This document shows, in pieces, positions 38,942 through 47,269 of a stretch of DNA of 64,000 nucleotides. The notes under the pieces were generated by a model. That model was not told the DNA's origin. It saw only the letters and a program-made list of their open reading frames with translations, and made no database searches. Numbering within the stretch: position 1 is the first letter of the stretch; the number at the start of each line of letters is the position of its first letter. The stretch is from a virus (taxonomy: Duplodnaviria; Heunggongvirae; Uroviricota; Caudoviricetes). The position numbers were made by a program, and so were the translations under genes. Location: IMG/VR virus record IMGVR_UViG_3300042401_001180; one strand, given 5' to 3'.

Positions 38942-39382
38942 CTATTCACCGATTCTTACATACTTAGTGGGAGACATTTCACCAATAGATACAGAATTAA
39001 TTATAATGTCCTCCATAAAAAATTCACGTTCAAAACATTTTATAATGATTTTAACAATTTCTTCTTTATCTAAAGGTATATAATTATGAACTCTATCTAT
39101 TATGTATTCAGAAATCCATAAATCACCTCTATACTCATCAGGATATTGAACGTATTTGCCATCAACCATATCAGGAGATTCAAGGTTCACATCTTTAAAC
39201 TCAATCAATATTTCATCAACATTATATGGTATAGTACCCCAAATAATAATATACCCATCACCAACGGAATCATCATAACTATGTTTAGTAAGTAGAGAAT
39301 TAACATATTCTGTAACCTCATCCTTTAATACTTTATCACGGTTGGTTTCTTGAAGTAATATTTTTCTAATTAAGTTTTTCAT
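38942..39382 (-). CDS. Leader-bearing hypothetical protein (MKNLIRKILLQE), paralog of 41774-42103
   Basis: YIIIW...G.LWIS....R....IPLDKE.I..I...CFE..F. Confidence 0.8.
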   Translation of the reverse strand: MKNLIRKILLQETNRDKVLKDEVTEYVNSLLTKHSYDDSVGDGYIIIWGTIPYNVDEILIEFKDVNLESPDMVDGKYVQYPDEYRGDLWISEYIIDRVHNYIPLDKEEIVKIIIKCFEREFFMEDIIINSVSIGEMSPTKYVRIGE

Positions 39383-39437
39383 AATAATAAATATACCAAT
39401 AACACAAAAAAGAAAGGGGGGATGTGTTTGTGGTGTC

Positions 39438-40061
39438 TTAGTCAATAAAGTTGGCAAACGCCCAAACCTTACCATTTTTATATTGGACTGAACACGCCGC
39501 TTGTACGTACAACATTTTTTTATATTTTTTTACCAAAAAAGAACTAACAAAAGGTTTTCTTAATATACCTCTATGAGGTTTTGAATTTTCCCAAATCATA
39601 ATTATGTGAGTGGCTAAATCTTGGTAGGTTTCAGATTTGTGTGCGGTATAAGCACCAATTTCTGAATAGTTTGGTTTAAATATTCTTTTTTCTTTTGGGA
39701 AATCTTTATAAATGTCATTAACAAAAGTCATGTAGTTTTTTTCTTGATCGAAATAATTAGTAATATCGACATGAAATAAATCATTTTTATCTGCATTTTG
39801 TTTGCAGTTAGGATATGAGAAAACGTTATAAACTTTGTCCGACCAATGAAGTTTCATATATTCTCGATAATTTTCAATACTATCTTCTTTAAAGTAAACT
39901 GAATATTTTTTTCCTATCCCTAAAGTTTGTGCGGTATCTCTATAATAACAAATAGCATCAAACAAAACTTTAGACGCTAGTTTTGTATCAAAATTATTAT
40001 AATCAATTTTTTGACTAAAACAAAATAAAGGTAAAAAGATAAAGAAGAATATATTTTTCAT
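39438..40061 (-). CDS. Secreted CAP/SCP-like domain protein
   Basis: signal peptide MKNIFFFIFLPLFCFSQ; I..WENSKPHR.IL resembles the CAP W.NS.GH..N.L motif; TAnnTTTG at 40077-40084. Confidence 0.55.
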   Translation of the reverse strand: MKNIFFFIFLPLFCFSQKIDYNNFDTKLASKVLFDAICYYRDTAQTLGIGKKYSVYFKEDSIENYREYMKLHWSDKVYNVFSYPNCKQNADKNDLFHVDITNYFDQEKNYMTFVNDIYKDFPKEKRIFKPNYSEIGAYTAHKSETYQDLATHIIMIWENSKPHRGILRKPFVSSFLVKKYKKMLYVQAACSVQYKNGKVWAFANFID

Positions 40062-40117
40062 ATTGTATATTTTATACAAATATAAACATATTTTTAAAAT
40101 AAAAAAAATTATGATAT

Positions 40118-41668
40118 TTAATTTGGTGTTTTACTTAAACCAAATTTAAAATATTTAATAACTGACGGTTTATATTTTGATCCTTCATTACCAACTTCAA
40201 AATCTTTTTCAACTAATAAATATTTAAAAGGAGTTTCTTTAAATTGTCCCATTTCGGTATCGACTGGATTTTGCCAAGGACCAAAAGTAATTGTTTGTTC
40301 TGTAGTTTGAATGGTTATCCCGTTTTGATTTAAGGTGGCTGTTGGGCTATTGTCTATTTTTTGATCATAAAAATAATTATCATATTCAGGTCCCAATATT
40401 TCTTTTACTTTACTCTTGTCTACAAGAATTAAACTCCCATTTGTTTCAAATCTAACTGGTACTTTTAAGTTACTACCTAAACCTAAGTCTTTACCTATCA
40501 TCCAATTATCAGGAAAAGGATTATCTAAATATTTAAAATTCCCAAGATTTTTACCACCACATCCAGGTATATTTGGATCCCATACAATACCCTTTTCAGA
40601 CATTAAACTATTTATTTGTTGTGTTTTTAAATTAGGAAATAATGGTCGTCCACGCTCATCCAAAACTTCCCCATTACGTCCTTTGGTATCTGGAGAATCT
40701 CCATCAACTGCACCAATCTGAACCAACCAATCATAACATAATGGTATTTTACCAGGTTCAGTTCTTTTTATTTCTGTATAACCAGGAGTTCCACTATCGG
40801 GTTGTGTGACAGTTGTTCCAGGTACATAATCAAATTTTGGAAAATTAACAATAAACCTTCTATCTGGTTTAGTTTTTTCTGAACCACTTGGGTTCTTTTT
40901 ATCTTTGGATGGATTTGATATTTTAGCATCGTCCCAAATTATTTTACTAAACCTATTTGTTTCACCCATACCTTTTGGGTTATATTTTAATTCAGCCAAT
41001 ACTCCACCTTTAGATTTAAGAAGATCAACAATTTTATCGGCTCTTTTTTGGGATAAACATAAATTATACTGCCATCTAGGTCCCTTACCTACCCCATATT
41101 GTGAACAAGCTGGTAGTCTACCTCCATCTTTAAAATTTGAAAGTGCGTCTATTGATGAAAACGCATAAACAGGTATGGTTGTATTTTTCAAAAACGAATA
41201 ATATGATTCAGTACCTTCAGGACTACCACTATTTTCTGCCGATTTAAGAATCGATTCCGCAAACTTATCTATTTTATCTATACCTTCAGGAGTTAATTCG
41301 TCCTTATCAAATAAAAAAGGATCTTCAACCTGTAATCTATAGTCAAACGGAACAGGTTTTTGTGGTTCAGGTTCAGGTGTATCACCAGGAATAACTTTAG
41401 TTTCTACTTCTGATTTTGTAATAGTCAGACTATTTGACGGAAAGGTTTTACTTCCACCAACAATATATAAAACTTTTGGACCATCTGGAAACATTTTTTT
41501 ATTTTTAAAACCACCGAATGTTGTATTTGTCATATCAAGAGTTCCATAATAATATGTTCCCTCATCCTCTAACTTTGGTATTTCATTTTCTGTTAAAGTT
41601 TCTTTAGGGTCATACCCCATCATCAACTTTATTTTTTTTAATTCACTTTCTAAAAGAATGTTTTTCAT
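40118..41668 (-). CDS. Leader-bearing protein with OmpA-C-like peptidoglycan-binding domain
   Basis: F.FDK.ELT, YNLCLSQKRA..I...L, G.GET, DRR; MKNILLESELKKIKLMMGY. Confidence 0.75.
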   Translation of the reverse strand: MKNILLESELKKIKLMMGYDPKETLTENEIPKLEDEGTYYYGTLDMTNTTFGGFKNKKMFPDGPKVLYIVGGSKTFPSNSLTITKSEVETKVIPGDTPEPEPQKPVPFDYRLQVEDPFLFDKDELTPEGIDKIDKFAESILKSAENSGSPEGTESYYSFLKNTTIPVYAFSSIDALSNFKDGGRLPACSQYGVGKGPRWQYNLCLSQKRADKIVDLLKSKGGVLAELKYNPKGMGETNRFSKIIWDDAKISNPSKDKKNPSGSEKTKPDRRFIVNFPKFDYVPGTTVTQPDSGTPGYTEIKRTEPGKIPLCYDWLVQIGAVDGDSPDTKGRNGEVLDERGRPLFPNLKTQQINSLMSEKGIVWDPNIPGCGGKNLGNFKYLDNPFPDNWMIGKDLGLGSNLKVPVRFETNGSLILVDKSKVKEILGPEYDNYFYDQKIDNSPTATLNQNGITIQTTEQTITFGPWQNPVDTEMGQFKETPFKYLLVEKDFEVGNEGSKYKPSVIKYFKFGLSKTPN

Positions 41669-41773
41669 AATTAATAATATTAAAAATATTAAATCAATAT
41701 TTAATATTACTATAAATACCACATAAAACAAAAAGAAAGGGGGCTGGGGATAGTTTCATGTAAAAATTTTTTA

Positions 41774-42103
41774 TTATGATTCAACAAAAGAAACCTCAAC
41801 ACCAAACCTTTTTTCAAAACAATCTTTAACAATATCGTGTATTATTTCTTTATCCAAAGGAATTAATCTCTGAAGTCGCTTCATATAATCTTTAGAGATC
41901 CATAATCTACCATCAAACTTATCATATTCTAATAGTTGTGGTTGTTCATCATCTTCATCATCACCATAATAAGTATAATCCCAAATAATAATATACGATT
42001 CCAAATAGGTTGGTTTACCATCATCAAAAGTATCGTTTACATATTCTGCAATATAATCATACAATATTTGTTTATGTTGTTCTTCTGTTATAATGATTTT
42101 CAT
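41774..42103 (-). CDS. Leader-bearing hypothetical protein (MKIIITEEQH)
   Basis: paralog of 38942-39382. Confidence 0.8.
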   Translation of the reverse strand: MKIIITEEQHKQILYDYIAEYVNDTFDDGKPTYLESYIIIWDYTYYGDDEDDEQPQLLEYDKFDGRLWISKDYMKRLQRLIPLDKEIIHDIVKDCFEKRFGVEVSFVES

Positions 42104-42193
42104 ATAAAGATAAATATATCAATACAAAAAAAGGAAGGGGGATGGGGGGATGGTTCGGTGTTAAAAAATTTTTTTAATTATGTGTTTCATATA

Positions 42194-42535
42194 TTAATGT
42201 TCAAAAGGTAATATTTTTTCCACGTAGGTTTTTGCCCGACTAATAAAATAATCATAAACAAGGTTTTTAGGTAAATATTTAAATTCATCAACAACACTTG
42301 TAAAATCGCCGTGACTTTTTATCCCAATTACTTTATTCCCTCTTGTTTCAAAATAAACATTTCTTTCTTTTTGATCAAGGTTTGGAAAATTAAAGAAGAC
42401 ATAAACACTATCATAAACCGTCCCAGGATTACCATAACTTCTATTTTTATATCCAAAAACTACTTTAATATCATTTTGTTTAAGAATGGATTTAATAAGA
42501 TCGTCTGTTTGTGATTCTGTAATTAATATTTTCAT
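42194..42535 (-). CDS. Leader-bearing hypothetical protein (MKILITESQT), tandem paralog 1
   Basis: 113 aa, similar throughout to 42537-42878. Confidence 0.8.
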   Translation of the reverse strand: MKILITESQTDDLIKSILKQNDIKVVFGYKNRSYGNPGTVYDSVYVFFNFPNLDQKERNVYFETRGNKVIGIKSHGDFTSVVDEFKYLPKNLVYDYFISRAKTYVEKILPFEH

Positions 42536-42536
42536 A

Positions 42537-42878
42537 TTACTTATTTAAAATATTTTCTAAAAATGGTTTAGCAATATTTGCAAAATAATAATTAACTATA
42601 TCAGAAGGAATATATATAAGTTCATCAATTGCATCAGAAAAAATGGAAGATCCAGAAAATCTAAGTATTCCATCTTCTTTTGTAACAAAAGAAACCGTTC
42701 GTTCATACTCATCACCATTCGGAAAATAAAACCTAAAAACAACATGGTCATAAGCTTTCTCAGCCCCAAATGACCCATAGGTTCTTCCCTGATATCTCAT
42801 GTTATATGTTATATCTTCAGAATCTAAAATCCGTTCAATAAGTTTATCTGTTTGACTTTCTGTAATTAATATTTTCAT
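42537..42878 (-). CDS. Leader-bearing hypothetical protein (MKILITESQT), tandem paralog 2
   Basis: 113 aa; R.YG.....YD.V...F.FP...ER.V.F.T. Confidence 0.8.
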   Translation of the reverse strand: MKILITESQTDKLIERILDSEDITYNMRYQGRTYGSFGAEKAYDHVVFRFYFPNGDEYERTVSFVTKEDGILRFSGSSIFSDAIDELIYIPSDIVNYYFANIAKPFLENILNK

Positions 42879-42901
42879 ATAAGATAAATATACAACAAAA
42901 T

Positions 42902-42932
42902 AAAAAACCCCTCCTTAGTTGGAAGGGGGTTT
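42902..42932 (-). terminator. Intrinsic terminator
   Basis: aaaaaacccctcc...ggaagggggttt. Confidence 0.75.
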
Positions 42933-43433
42933 ATCAGGTAACTTATTTCCCTTTTTTCTATTATCTTCTTTCCATAGAGGTTGAAGGTTTTTGTAATGAC
43001 ATAATTTTATTACATCTTCTTCTGTTTTACCACTTGATAATGGGATAATATGATCAATCTCCCATTCACCGTAGTTGTCCCAAGTCATACCTTCTTTGAA
43101 TAGAGATTCCATATGTAATTTAACAATTACCCATTCTTCCCCAAGAATAATATATGTTTTTGATTTCTTTGTAAACCCACGACGTTTGAATGATCTACGA
43201 ACAGATTGTCTCATTTTCTGAATGAATCCTGCCATTGGGTTATTCTTCTCATTTCTACGTTTTCTTTTAACGTCATATGCTTTGAGTTTCTTATCATATT
43301 CAGAATCAATACTTCTACGTTCTTTTTTCTGTTGGTATCTGATTTTATTCTCACAGGACTTGCATGTGTTTCTCCCTTTTCTATAATCAGAAGAAGGTTT
43401 AGTTATATCACATTTTGTACAAGTTTTTTCCAT
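42915..43433 (-). CDS. Free-standing HNH endonuclease with N-terminal CxxC...CxxC zinc motif
   Basis: KTCTKC...CKSC; WEIDHIIPLS......L.HY.NLQPLW...N..K. Confidence 0.85.
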   Translation of the reverse strand: MEKTCTKCDITKPSSDYRKGRNTCKSCENKIRYQQKKERRSIDSEYDKKLKAYDVKRKRRNEKNNPMAGFIQKMRQSVRRSFKRRGFTKKSKTYIILGEEWVIVKLHMESLFKEGMTWDNYGEWEIDHIIPLSSGKTEEDVIKLCHYKNLQPLWKEDNRKKGNKLPDKPPSN

Positions 43434-43523
43434 AGATAAAATACTTGATTTTATCAAAAATTTTCTGAAATTTTTTTTTCGTATATAGGGGTATAGTGAA
43501 TATGAAAAGAAATAAGGGAAAAC

Positions 43524-43554
43524 AAAAAACCCCTCTGTTTGAAGGAGGGGGTTT
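43524..43554 (-). terminator. Intrinsic terminator
   Basis: aaaaaacccctct...ggagggggttt; closely resembles 42902-42932. Confidence 0.75.
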
Positions 43555-43574
43555 AATTTAATGTTTTAATAATA

Positions 43575-43844
43575 CTATTTAACAACTTCACAATCACTTA
43601 TTTTAATTACATGAAGTCTATCAGTATTTGGGATTGATTTTTTTTCTTCATCTGAAAATATTACTTCATAAAAATCATCATTTACAACATCACTATATAC
43701 CGTAAATTCTTTACCCATAAGGTTTTTATACCAAGATGTTGGCTTTGTTACTTTAGTTATTTTAACTCTAAGTGTATTTTCTTGTTCACTAATTACACGC
43801 CTTACTATACGGTTAATATCTGACTCTGTTAATCTATTTCTCAT
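43575..43844 (-). CDS. Leader-bearing small protein (MRNRLTESDINRIVRRVISEQ)
   Basis: 89 aa; VKI.K......WY....G.EF.V (SH3-like). Confidence 0.8.
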   Translation of the reverse strand: MRNRLTESDINRIVRRVISEQENTLRVKITKVTKPTSWYKNLMGKEFTVYSDVVNDDFYEVIFSDEEKKSIPNTDRLHVIKISDCEVVK

Positions 43845-44372
43845 AATATATTATTTTAATTATAAATACTCCGATTTTCCATAAAATTTTTCCAGAATTT
43901 TTTTTATCATATAGGGGGGTATAATGTTTTTTATAATATATACTCTGCAAGAGGGATTGACCCCCCTTTTGACACCTGACAACTTGTCATATAAAGGGAG
44001 GATACGGGGGGAGGGGACCCCAATAAATGAGGAGGAGGGGGTATGACAAAGATAAGAGGGGGGTAGACATGGAACCCTAAGTTATTAACTGACACAATGA
44101 CATTGTTAATAACTCCTATAATATATATGGGGGATTGTTTGGTAGTGGTAAATAAATTTACCCGACCGTTAGGAAGTCTCATATATAATCCGTACCTTTG
44201 ACTTGTCAATGATTAAGTTCGAGACGGGTCAGAGAAACAAGTTCTTCTTTAAGAGGGTAGACTCCAGCCTACCTTATAGTTTAGTATGGGGAAAATATAG
44301 AAGCAGGTTGGAGTCTACTTGCTTCTCATTTTTCAGAGTAGTCGTCAGAGGTGTAACCCCCAAACCAATACT

Positions 44373-44403
44373 CAAAGATAAGAATAATAATTTACTTGGC
44401 AAA
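44373..44403 (-). promoter_or_regulatory. Consensus Bacteroidota sigma-A promoter with no ORF downstream
   Basis: TTTG (44403-44400)-N19-TATCTTTG (44380-44373). Confidence 0.6.
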
Positions 44404-44413
44404 ACAATTAGGC

Positions 44414-44556
44414 ATAAAAAAATTCCCCACTCCACTATGTGTCGGTATACGACACCATAAACAGGGGGACATCAGAATGTGTGTTGTTAAATTCATCTTG
44501 AACTTTACGTACCGCCTGGGTGACTGAACAACTAACTCCCTGCTGTGGGGAAAATG
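44414..44556 (-). ncRNA. Candidate ~140-nt structured ncRNA
   Basis: TATTTATA at 44572-44565; nested stems 44423-30/44545-52, 44462-67/44537-42, 44483-88/44527-32, hairpin 44436-44459; ends in a U7 tract. Confidence 0.5.
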
Positions 44557-44604
44557 AATTCTAATATAAATATATGTATTAATTAAAAAAGATAAACAGT
44601 TACG

Positions 44605-44931
44605 TTAATCATTACCGTAGAACCTTTCTATATGTTCTACCCCCATGTCTATGATTACTTTTCTAACTGTTGCATAGTCTTCTTCTGTTAGGTTGTAATA
44701 TTGATTTAGAAATGTTAACACGTCAGTCATATCTGCATCCACAATGACAAACTGTCTATTAGACATAATGGGTTTCTTACTCCACTTCTTTTTAGCAAAC
44801 TCAAAAAATACAACCCCATCTTCTACTAACTTATCCTTATGTTGAAATAAACATTTGATTCCCATCTTATCTTCCACCACCTTGGGGATGAATTGTTCCT
44901 TTAAAAACTTCTCTACACCTTCCATATACAT
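44605..44931 (-). CDS. Hypothetical protein
   Basis: ORF with plausible composition; start at 44931 or 44925 after TATTTAT. Confidence 0.65.
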   Translation of the reverse strand: MYMEGVEKFLKEQFIPKVVEDKMGIKCLFQHKDKLVEDGVVFFEFAKKKWSKKPIMSNRQFVIVDADMTDVLTFLNQYYNLTEEDYATVRKVIIDMGVEHIERFYGND

Positions 44932-45926
44932 TAATGTTAATAAGTATTTGTTGATAAATAAATAGTAAATTGTACCTGACACTACTCGTGTGGACAATCG
45001 GACACTATGACAGGGGGATATTGTTAATAACTTTTTATGTTAATTTTCTTGATTTTGTCAAAATGTCAGTCACGCTTTACACGGGGGACAATCCCTTTTA
45101 CCACTTTCTCCCACCTATTATTCCCACTTATTTACACCATTTATTCCCCTCTTGCTATCTGTACCCTAAAAAAACCCCTCTGTAGGTACCTGTAGGACTA
45201 TTTTTTTTACTATATACATTTTCCAGCTAAAAAGTGTTCTTATACTGTAGGGGTGCGGGAGACGAAGTCCTAAAGTATATCCAACGTATAAAACAGGTAA
45301 ATGTGTCATATAATACCCCCAACGTATAAAGGATCACTTAGATAAGATATTATAATAGTGGTAATAAGTGGGACTTCTCATACGCAAATATACGGTAGAT
45401 GTAAACGTTTACCGTATATTTGCCCATCCCCCACATTATATGTAAATGAACATGACAGTCCATTAGTATACCACCTCATCTATATGTTCCTACATACAAT
45501 TCATATTGTTTTAACGAAGTTATATTTAAATGAATATAATCTTGAACATACATAAACATCTTATGTAATTATCCCCTAAGTAATGGGGGACATTCTATTA
45601 ATTACTGATGGAGACATCTTATTAAACCACCCATTAAATGGGGGAAAATACTTTTTACATTATGATTTAAGGTATGTCCCATTAATTACCACATATCCTT
45701 TATAGATATGTAATGTTTATCATTGTAGAATTTCTACAATAATACGTTTATTGTGATTTTTCTACAATAAGAGTATTATACGTAGGTAAAGATTACTCTT
45801 GTTTTTAATACGTAGGTAATTACTACTCTTGTTCACTATAAGAGTATAGGATTAAGTTATGAAACGAAGAACGTAGTGAATGAAATGAACGGTAGAGATG
45901 AGTGAGTAAATTAAATCTATACTCTT

Positions 45927-46289
45927 TTACTTTCTTGGTAGATAATATCTTTTGTAAAAATGATTATAACTATCTATGTGTGAACACCCCCCTTTCATAT
46001 CAAATTGTAGTCCGAAGTAGTTATGGACTTCTTTTCTTATATTTTTTAGTATTTTGTGTAATTTATCTGATTCTACCATTGTAAATGGTTTTTTAAATAA
46101 TGCGGTGATTTCACACGTTTCATTATCATCAATTATATCCACAGCAACACCATAAAAGTTTTCAGGTAGTTCATAATCTTTCAATAACATATTTACAAAA
46201 TCTGTGATTGATTTTTCTAATGGAGTTCTTTTTGGTATGTCTTCCGTTTCCTCCTTTAATACTTTTCTTATGTGTTCTTGTAGGTTCAT
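45927..46289 (-). CDS. Leader-bearing hypothetical protein (MNLQEHIRKVLKEE)
   Basis: 120 aa. Confidence 0.8.
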   Translation of the reverse strand: MNLQEHIRKVLKEETEDIPKRTPLEKSITDFVNMLLKDYELPENFYGVAVDIIDDNETCEITALFKKPFTMVESDKLHKILKNIRKEVHNYFGLQFDMKGGCSHIDSYNHFYKRYYLPRK

Positions 46290-46855
46290 TCTTCTTCAGT
46301 TAAATAATCATCCATTATCTCAATGACTTTAGGTTTTACATTCGGGATGTCATTTATCTCTATATTAAAATTCCATAAGAAATTATCTTCTTGGTCGTAG
46401 ATACCTGTTTCAGGTGAATAATAGACTATGTTGGTGGCGAAGTTATTTATATCGTTTGAAATCGTTACATAATAATCAGACATTGTTCTATCATTCCTAA
46501 ATTCATAATCTAACATCTGACATACATCTTCAAAACTTGATTGATTGTTATCCCATTTGGCTAATAAAAATATTTCCGATGCCGTTGGATTTCCTGTTAT
46601 ACCTATTTTTGGTTTCTTTGGGTTTCTTTGAATTATTACTGCATGTTTACCTTTATGGTAATCTTCCCACTCATAAATATCATCATTAATACACCACTGG
46701 CATTGGTGAGCGTATTTTTGTAATGCTCTATGTGTTAATGGAACGACAACAATTATATTGTCATCTTTATATAGTTCCACTCTTTCACTTCTTGGAACTC
46801 TAACTTCATTAAGTTCTTCCCTTAATATTTTTCTTATATGTTCTTGTAGGTTCAT
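46286..46855 (-). CDS. Leader-bearing hypothetical protein (MNLQEHIRKILREE)
   Basis: Y.DD..IVVVPLTH.A...Y....QWCI domain. Confidence 0.8.
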   Translation of the reverse strand: MNLQEHIRKILREELNEVRVPRSERVELYKDDNIIVVVPLTHRALQKYAHQCQWCINDDIYEWEDYHKGKHAVIIQRNPKKPKIGITGNPTASEIFLLAKWDNNQSSFEDVCQMLDYEFRNDRTMSDYYVTISNDINNFATNIVYYSPETGIYDQEDNFLWNFNIEINDIPNVKPKVIEIMDDYLTEEE

Positions 46856-46861
46856 ATTAAT

Positions 46862-47269
46862 CTATACAAATTTAACTTTTAATGGTCCCATTCTAACATA
46901 ATCTATTGGGGAGTATTCTGTAACTGATGTAAGTAACATTGTCATAAAGTCGGATAACTCTTTTGCAAACTCCTGAGTTAATAAATCACCAAACCTTCTC
47001 ATATCGAACGTTTGTGGAAACGGTGTATAATCATAAACTTCCGACCATCTTTCTGATGCCCATTCTTCATCCACTTCTATTGTTCCATATATTGTTAAAG
47101 AATGTGGTTCTATTCCACTATAAGAAAACTCTTCTATTATTATATTTTTCCACCAATAAAACTTTTTTGACATTACCTTATTGATAGTCTTTTCAACTTC
47201 GGTGTTATCTTGTTTTGGCTTTTCCCAATATTCCTTTAATACCTTTCTTATGGATTCTTGTAGTATCAT
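46862..47269 (-). CDS. Leader-bearing hypothetical protein (MILQESIRKVLKE)
   Basis: start set at 47269. Confidence 0.8.
   Translation of the reverse strand: MILQESIRKVLKEYWEKPKQDNTEVEKTINKVMSKKFYWWKNIIIEEFSYSGIEPHSLTIYGTIEVDEEWASERWSEVYDYTPFPQTFDMRRFGDLLTQEFAKELSDFMTMLLTSVTEYSPIDYVRMGPLKVKFV

Larger units (their letters stand above)
43437..43923. repeat. ~60-bp imperfect direct repeat upstream of two adjacent genes (43437-43495, 43862-43923)
   Basis: minus tatacccc(cc)tatat..aaaaaaaatt.c.g.aaaatttt....aaaatc..agtattt(t)at. Confidence 0.7.
43870..45920. other. ~2-kb largely non-coding region with G-tracts, TGACA clusters and DnaA-box-like 9-mers: candidate replication origin / regulatory RNA locus
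   Basis: only one convincing ORF; composition differs sharply from flanks; multiple inverted and direct repeats. Confidence 0.5.

Noticed and set aside
44212-44232. GTTCGA resembling a tRNA T-loop
   Set aside because: No 5-bp T-stem, D-arm or acceptor stem around it; no tRNA found in the window.
44465-44480. CUGAUG on the minus strand resembling a hammerhead core
   Set aside because: Next base is U, not A, and no GAAA partner strand is present in the right geometry.
43931-45555. ORFs 43931-44209, 44203-44460, 44970-45185 and 45358-45555 in the non-coding region
   Set aside because: Atypical composition (Pro/His/Tyr-rich, translations of G/C tracts), non-ATG or unsupported starts, and overlap with structured and repeated DNA; better explained as non-coding.
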